64,000 nucleotides of DNA from Nitrosopumilus sp. (GTDB lineage: Archaea > Thermoproteota > Nitrososphaeria > Nitrososphaerales > Nitrosopumilaceae): contig OZ250186.1 of NCBI GenBank assembly GCA_965238275.1, positions 384,001 through 448,000 on the forward strand, read 5' to 3'. How positions within the stretch are numbered: position 1 is the first letter of the stretch; every line of letters begins with the position of its first letter. Below are positions 59,587 to 64,000 of the stretch, piece after piece. The notes below the pieces were generated by a model. The model saw only the letters and a list, made by a program, of their open reading frames with translations. It did not search any database and was not told the origin of the DNA. The position numbers and the translations under genes are program-made.

Positions 59587-61005
59587 TCAGGGCAGAGATA
59601 TGGTGTTGAAACCATAGTCCCGGCATGTGTCGTAGTGGTTTTTTATCTCAGGCTCCCAGCCGTGACGCGCATCCAGCATGTTCAGGGATCTTCTTAGCGG
59701 GGCGATGGTGTCATAGTATTTGGTGTTCCGGTGGATGAGGCTCTGCAGGAACTTGTCCTGCGGAAGCGAGTTGCTCTTTTTGCAGTTGCATTTCTGGCAC
59801 GCCAGAACCAGATTCCATGCGCTGTCATCAAAGATGTACGACCACGGGATAAAGTGGTCCACATGGATGTAGTCATTCTCCAGCCTACCTTTACAGTAAA
59901 AGCAGTGGCTGGTGTGTTTTAAGAAGAGTCTTCTGTATCCGGTGAGCTGGCCCCTGGCAGACTCGTCCATGTGGATCTTTGCCAGTAGTCTTGGCAGGCC
60001 TATGTTTGTCCGCTCAAGAAATCTAGTCCATTCTGCAAGGACTGTCCCCATGAGTATGCCGTGATTTTCCCTGAAGAATTCAAAGGCCTCGGGCCTGAGG
60101 CGGATCATCTTGGTATCATCACTGTAGTCGTAAAAGATGCGATTTTCCTGTGATCTCTGACCTACCTTGATTTTTTGGAACCGGGGCACGACCATGGATG
60201 TCTTGCTTCTTGCGTGCCCGAAGACGGTTCTGAGTATCCTCTGTTTTGCTCTTGCTTTGTCGGCTGTATTAAGACCAGCAAAGCTGCCCGGAGTGTTTTT
60301 GCCAAAGACGTCTCTAATTACCTGAACCACCTTTGGCGTGCTCTTGGTGTGAAAGTCCTGTTTTATCTTAAATCTGCACTCCTGATGCCAGTAGTATTGC
60401 AGGAATTTTTCGGAGAGTTGCTCGTATGGTATCTCCAGAGAGTATTTCATACCATTGGACTCCCGACAATGATCCAGGATGGCTCTGGCAAGGGCAAACT
60501 TGTATGTGTTGTCTTTGACCCCCTTGGTAAGTATTGACAGGAATGCCTGCCTCATCTGTGCCTCCGAGGCAGTACCCCTGTCGGGTTGGACCAGATGTGC
60601 AGAAGACCGTGAATCGTAGCTCATCTCTGGCATGTCTTGTGGATGGGTAGCTGGCCGTACGAGCCTGAATATCCCATACCGTTTGCCGGGGTTCAGGTCT
60701 GCTATGGTTCCATTCTTCCTAAGCTTGGAGAGATACTGGGATGTGGCGTTGGAAAAGTCGCTTGAGTGCCTGGTAGGTCCCCATACATCAGGATGCAGTT
60801 TCAGGATTCGTGCCACAGACTCGTCAAGCTGTTTTTTGCGGTGCCAGACGGCCATGTTTCTGGGGCCTTTTTGGGGGGGTGCCGCCAGATATCTGCTGCC
60901 GTGCTCCTCCTCAAGATCTTCTACGGTTCTGCCATTCCTGTTCAGAATATACATGACTGCATCCGGAATCTGATCGTATGGAATCTGGTTTTGGGTGCCT
61001 GCCAT
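59587..61005 (-). CDS. HNH endonuclease (type IV restriction-like)
   Basis: NTYKFALARAI, CFYC, HVDHFIPWS, NLVLACQKCNCKKSN motifs. Confidence 0.85.
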   Translation of the reverse strand: MAGTQNQIPYDQIPDAVMYILNRNGRTVEDLEEEHGSRYLAAPPQKGPRNMAVWHRKKQLDESVARILKLHPDVWGPTRHSSDFSNATSQYLSKLRKNGTIADLNPGKRYGIFRLVRPATHPQDMPEMSYDSRSSAHLVQPDRGTASEAQMRQAFLSILTKGVKDNTYKFALARAILDHCRESNGMKYSLEIPYEQLSEKFLQYYWHQECRFKIKQDFHTKSTPKVVQVIRDVFGKNTPGSFAGLNTADKARAKQRILRTVFGHARSKTSMVVPRFQKIKVGQRSQENRIFYDYSDDTKMIRLRPEAFEFFRENHGILMGTVLAEWTRFLERTNIGLPRLLAKIHMDESARGQLTGYRRLFLKHTSHCFYCKGRLENDYIHVDHFIPWSYIFDDSAWNLVLACQKCNCKKSNSLPQDKFLQSLIHRNTKYYDTIAPLRRSLNMLDARHGWEPEIKNHYDTCRDYGFNTISLP

Positions 61006-61138
61006 GACTAAGCGTGTGAGATTCGGCTTAAAAAAATAGCGAATAGGCAGATGGGATGGGCCAGTTTTAGATGCAGGGTTTTGTATGACATGGATAAGCA
61101 GACAGGAAGGTACGGAACGGGCGGATATTCAGGGATGA

Positions 61139-62044
61139 TCATGTTTGTTGCGGATCAAGTTTTAGGTATTGCTTGTATTCTTTTACGTAGCGTTTAATGA
61201 ACCACTGCAGGAATATTGCGTCATTTTTTTCTGTCTGGGATCTCTCAAGTGCGTTGTAGTAGCTGCGTCGTTGCTTGTATGGAATATCAAACATCGGGTA
61301 TCCTTTGCTGTTTAGTATAAAATTCATGACAAGTCTCGCAACTCTGCCGTTGCCGTCTCCAAACGGGTGTATTGTTACCAGATTCAGATGAATCAGTGCT
61401 GCAAGTTCTACAGGATGAATCTTGTTTTGATTTCTTTTATACCACTGGAAAAATTCTGTCAGCATTGGATATACCTCTACTGGCATAGGCGGGGTGAATC
61501 TGCTTCCGCCTATTCCCACCTGGTATTTTCTAATTGCCCCTGCAATACCAGGCTTTGTCTTTTCAAATAATTTCCAATGCCAGTCCAGCAGCACATGCAG
61601 TGTAAAATTTTTTTTAAATTTTAACATCTCATTAAACATATCCCTGTGAGCCTCGGCCTCATGCACATCCTGCATGGGTCTGTCTTTCGGAGCAATGTTA
61701 TTTACCAGCAGATCTGCAGTCTCCCTCCTGGTTAGAGTTGAGCCCTCTATTTTTTGGGTGTCATATGTGAATTTTATGGTAAAATTTTGAACTTCTTTTT
61801 CCTTGATTGATTTTGGAATGTATTTTTGTTCTCGGGCATAATTTTTCTGAATCCTGTCCATGTCTGCATGCCATCTTTGTTTTCGTATCTCATCTGCAAA
61901 CTCTTTTTTGATTTTTTCAATATGGGCAGGCATGTCTGTCCCCAGATACCTTTCTTTTTTTGTTATCCTGCTCCCCTCCCTCATACTGTGTTCCAGATAA
62001 TAGTATGTCCTACCCCCAAGATGCCTTTCCCTGATTCTTACCAT
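61139..62044 (-). CDS. Fic family protein (class II, with internal inhibitory motif)
   Basis: HPFGDGNGRVAR catalytic motif and TQKIEG inhibitory motif. Confidence 0.92.
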   Translation of the reverse strand: MVRIRERHLGGRTYYYLEHSMREGSRITKKERYLGTDMPAHIEKIKKEFADEIRKQRWHADMDRIQKNYAREQKYIPKSIKEKEVQNFTIKFTYDTQKIEGSTLTRRETADLLVNNIAPKDRPMQDVHEAEAHRDMFNEMLKFKKNFTLHVLLDWHWKLFEKTKPGIAGAIRKYQVGIGGSRFTPPMPVEVYPMLTEFFQWYKRNQNKIHPVELAALIHLNLVTIHPFGDGNGRVARLVMNFILNSKGYPMFDIPYKQRRSYYNALERSQTEKNDAIFLQWFIKRYVKEYKQYLKLDPQQT

Positions 62045-62162
62045 GTGTTTTGATACCCCTACAGATTTATATAATTTTCATTTTTAGTGAAATCGTAGAG
62101 GTAATAAAACCCGGATAAACCAAAAAAAAATAACACGGTATCTCGGATAGGGCAGTTCGATT

Positions 62163-62763
62163 CTAGTCTAGGCCAGTATTTGCGACTAGGCTGTCCTTGT
62201 CATACAGAAGCGTTCGGTCCTTTTCATACATCTGTGAGAGTATATCATAGCAGTGTATTCTGAGCCTAAGGCTGTTTACGATATTTTATGATGTCGTCAA
62301 GAAACCTAGACGTGATGGTCCAGTTCTCGTTCCATGTCTCACGTCTCTGCACGATTTCTAAGAGTCAGGAGAGGATATAGCAGTGTATTCTGAGCCTAAG
62401 GCTGTTTACGTGATCAAGATTTCTCCCATGTCTCACGTCATTTCTAAGAGAGAGGATAACCTTCATTTTGTATTCAAAGACATGCTTGTCTAGGAATATG
62501 CCCTCGAAGTAATTCTTCCAGTTATCTCTTTTTGCGATTATCTTTCCATAACCATCAAAATTAACGTAGTGCCACGCCTCGTATGCAGGCTTGTTTAGTA
62601 CGTCGGCCATCTTTTTTTCATCCTCGTGCCTCTTGTCTGCATTATTTCTTATCTCCTGCGGGATGCAGGACTTCCACCAATTGTTTGTGCCCGAGAGCAT
62701 GCGTACTATGAATTCCCTCGTGGTTCTCTCAAAATAGTCCAATACGCCAGAGTCTGTAGTCAA
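62163..62763 (-). pseudogene. Swt1-like HEPN domain protein with garbled, duplicated 3' end
   Basis: FERTTREFI..NWW, LRNDVRHG (R-X4-H). A 33-bp identical block at 62378-62410 and 62248-62280; the plausible C-terminus HCYDILSQMYEK..GLD* lies in the second copy. Confidence 0.7.
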
Positions 62764-63026
62764 ATCTGCATGTGTCTTATTTTAAAACGTTAAAAATATG
62801 ATGTTTGGGTTGTGTGTGGCACATTGGTTATCGCGTAATTGTGCACCAGCATCACAGAAATGTCTGCCATTCAGATCGACAGGTTTCCTACGAGTCTCTG
62901 CACGTACGGCATCCGCGACGACTTGGCTACTTGGCCCGTCTTGCCGACGCTGTTAGCGCCTCTAGCATGCGGCCAAGCCGCTCCGCACCGGAGCCGTGTA
63001 CTTTTGATCGGTTCGTTGTCGCGCGT

Positions 63027-63275
63027 TTACTGGGTGCTTGTGACTATAATCGTGAATTTACACCAGGCGCCGGGGGCGCCGCTGTCGTAGCAGGCGCGTA
63101 TCTTGACCTTGTATTCCTCGCCCCCGTCGAGTCCGGTGATGGTGTGGTCAGGTGAGGTAGGGAAGGCATGGCGTTGCCGACAGAGTCTCTTCAAAACGGA
63201 TAGTCCACGCCTGACTTGGCCCATGTTACGCGGCAGTCATTGGGCGTCTCGGTGGGCGTATCCCAGGAAGCCTAG
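63027..63275 (-). pseudogene. Fibronectin type III domain remnant
   Basis: SWDTPTETPNDCRVTWAKSGVDYPF*RDSVGNA / frameshift / FPTSPDHTITGLDGGEEYKVKIRACYDSG..GAW. Confidence 0.7.
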
Positions 63276-63319
63276 ATCGTCCCTAAACCAATCTCTTAAT
63301 AAACACCATTATCTCCATA

Positions 63320-63882
63320 ATGACAGACGATTTGGTATTCCTAAAGAGACAGACTCATACTGCACAAAAGGATGCAACTCAGAGCATGAGTTGGAGACTG
63401 AGGCCGTACAAAGGGACATCTCCCAAAACGTTTTGGTACGACAAATTCTTGGCAAGTATGTCAGATGGGACAGGTTCTCAGGCAAGATGGGGATGGTCTC
63501 GACGCCCAAGGTAATCATGAACCTGTTATGCAGGGAACTAGATGACAAAGATATCGACGAGATGGTCGATGCCGTATTTCCAGTGGTCACGGACTCTGTC
63601 ATGTTTGCCAAGGGCGGGTATGATCTGAAGAGGGCCATTGAGACCCTTGAAGACTATATGAGATCATCCGGAGTAAACTCTGATCATCGGGTGAATGGGG
63701 ACATCCATGTGTTTATCATCCAGCATGATTTGGGAATAAACTGGTCTATCTTTTCAGAACGGGTTTTGTCACGAATGTTTCGCGGTTTTCTGCCCGAGAA
63801 GGACCTAGAATTCCAAACCACCGACTCGACTGTAATTCTATCCGTGGCGTTGGGCGCTGATTTTGATGAGCATGACTATTAA
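63320..63882 (+). pseudogene. Conserved hypothetical protein (RHH-like N-terminus), frameshifted near 63390
   Basis: MTDDLVF..TQSMS is in one frame and ELETEA..ISQNVLVRQILGKYVRWDRF..QHDLG in another. Confidence 0.6.
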
Positions 63883-64000
63883 ATCATAAATTCAGACAGT
63901 CATTTGAAATGCGTCTTCGCATATCGTCCTCAAAGCCCGCCTTGTTCCTGCCGGGAAAAAGGCAGCGGTGCGACAAATCGCCGTCATTCCATCCTCCTTT

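Noticed and set aside
62145-62172. tRNA-like GTTCGATTC motif
   Set aside because: No cloverleaf and no match to a tRNA 3' end around it.

Overview
Chromosomal window from an ammonia-oxidising archaeon of the Nitrosopumilaceae. The assignment rests on the adjacent 4-hydroxybutyryl-CoA dehydratase and ADP-forming 4-hydroxybutyrate-CoA ligase genes (HP/HB carbon fixation), PEFG-CTERM and CFI-box-CTERM surface proteins, and the rpl7ae-rps28e-rpl24e-ndk-aIF5B cluster. GC content looks high by eye, IS load is heavy and there is a decayed FN3 domain, which together suggest a host-associated (sponge-type) lineage; this is inference. Most of the window is core housekeeping, with four tRNAs (Ser-TGA, Leu-TAG, Ala-CGC, Val-TAC). 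Accessory content includes two IS5-family elements with clear TIRs and 9-bp TSDs, a DDE_Tnp_4 IS, an ATP-grasp/degenerate-M20 + K+ channel + GGT + N-formylglutamate amidohydrolase operon, and a terminal HNH/Fic/HEPN defence-like cluster. The most striking feature is a 1.5-kb element (42721-44236). It carries only an intact-looking TnpB (RuvC) nuclease, yet it is bounded by 25-bp terminal inverted repeats and a TA target duplication. That is IS630/Tc1-mariner-type insertion, not IS200/605 or IS607, and it splits a K+ channel at its TTIGYG filter. Two unannotated, highly structured candidate ncRNAs (about 18642-18815 and 53207-53299, both minus strand) are also visible. Several local frameshifts and garbled duplications, including in essential hisS, suggest patches of assembly error, so pseudogene calls are provisional.
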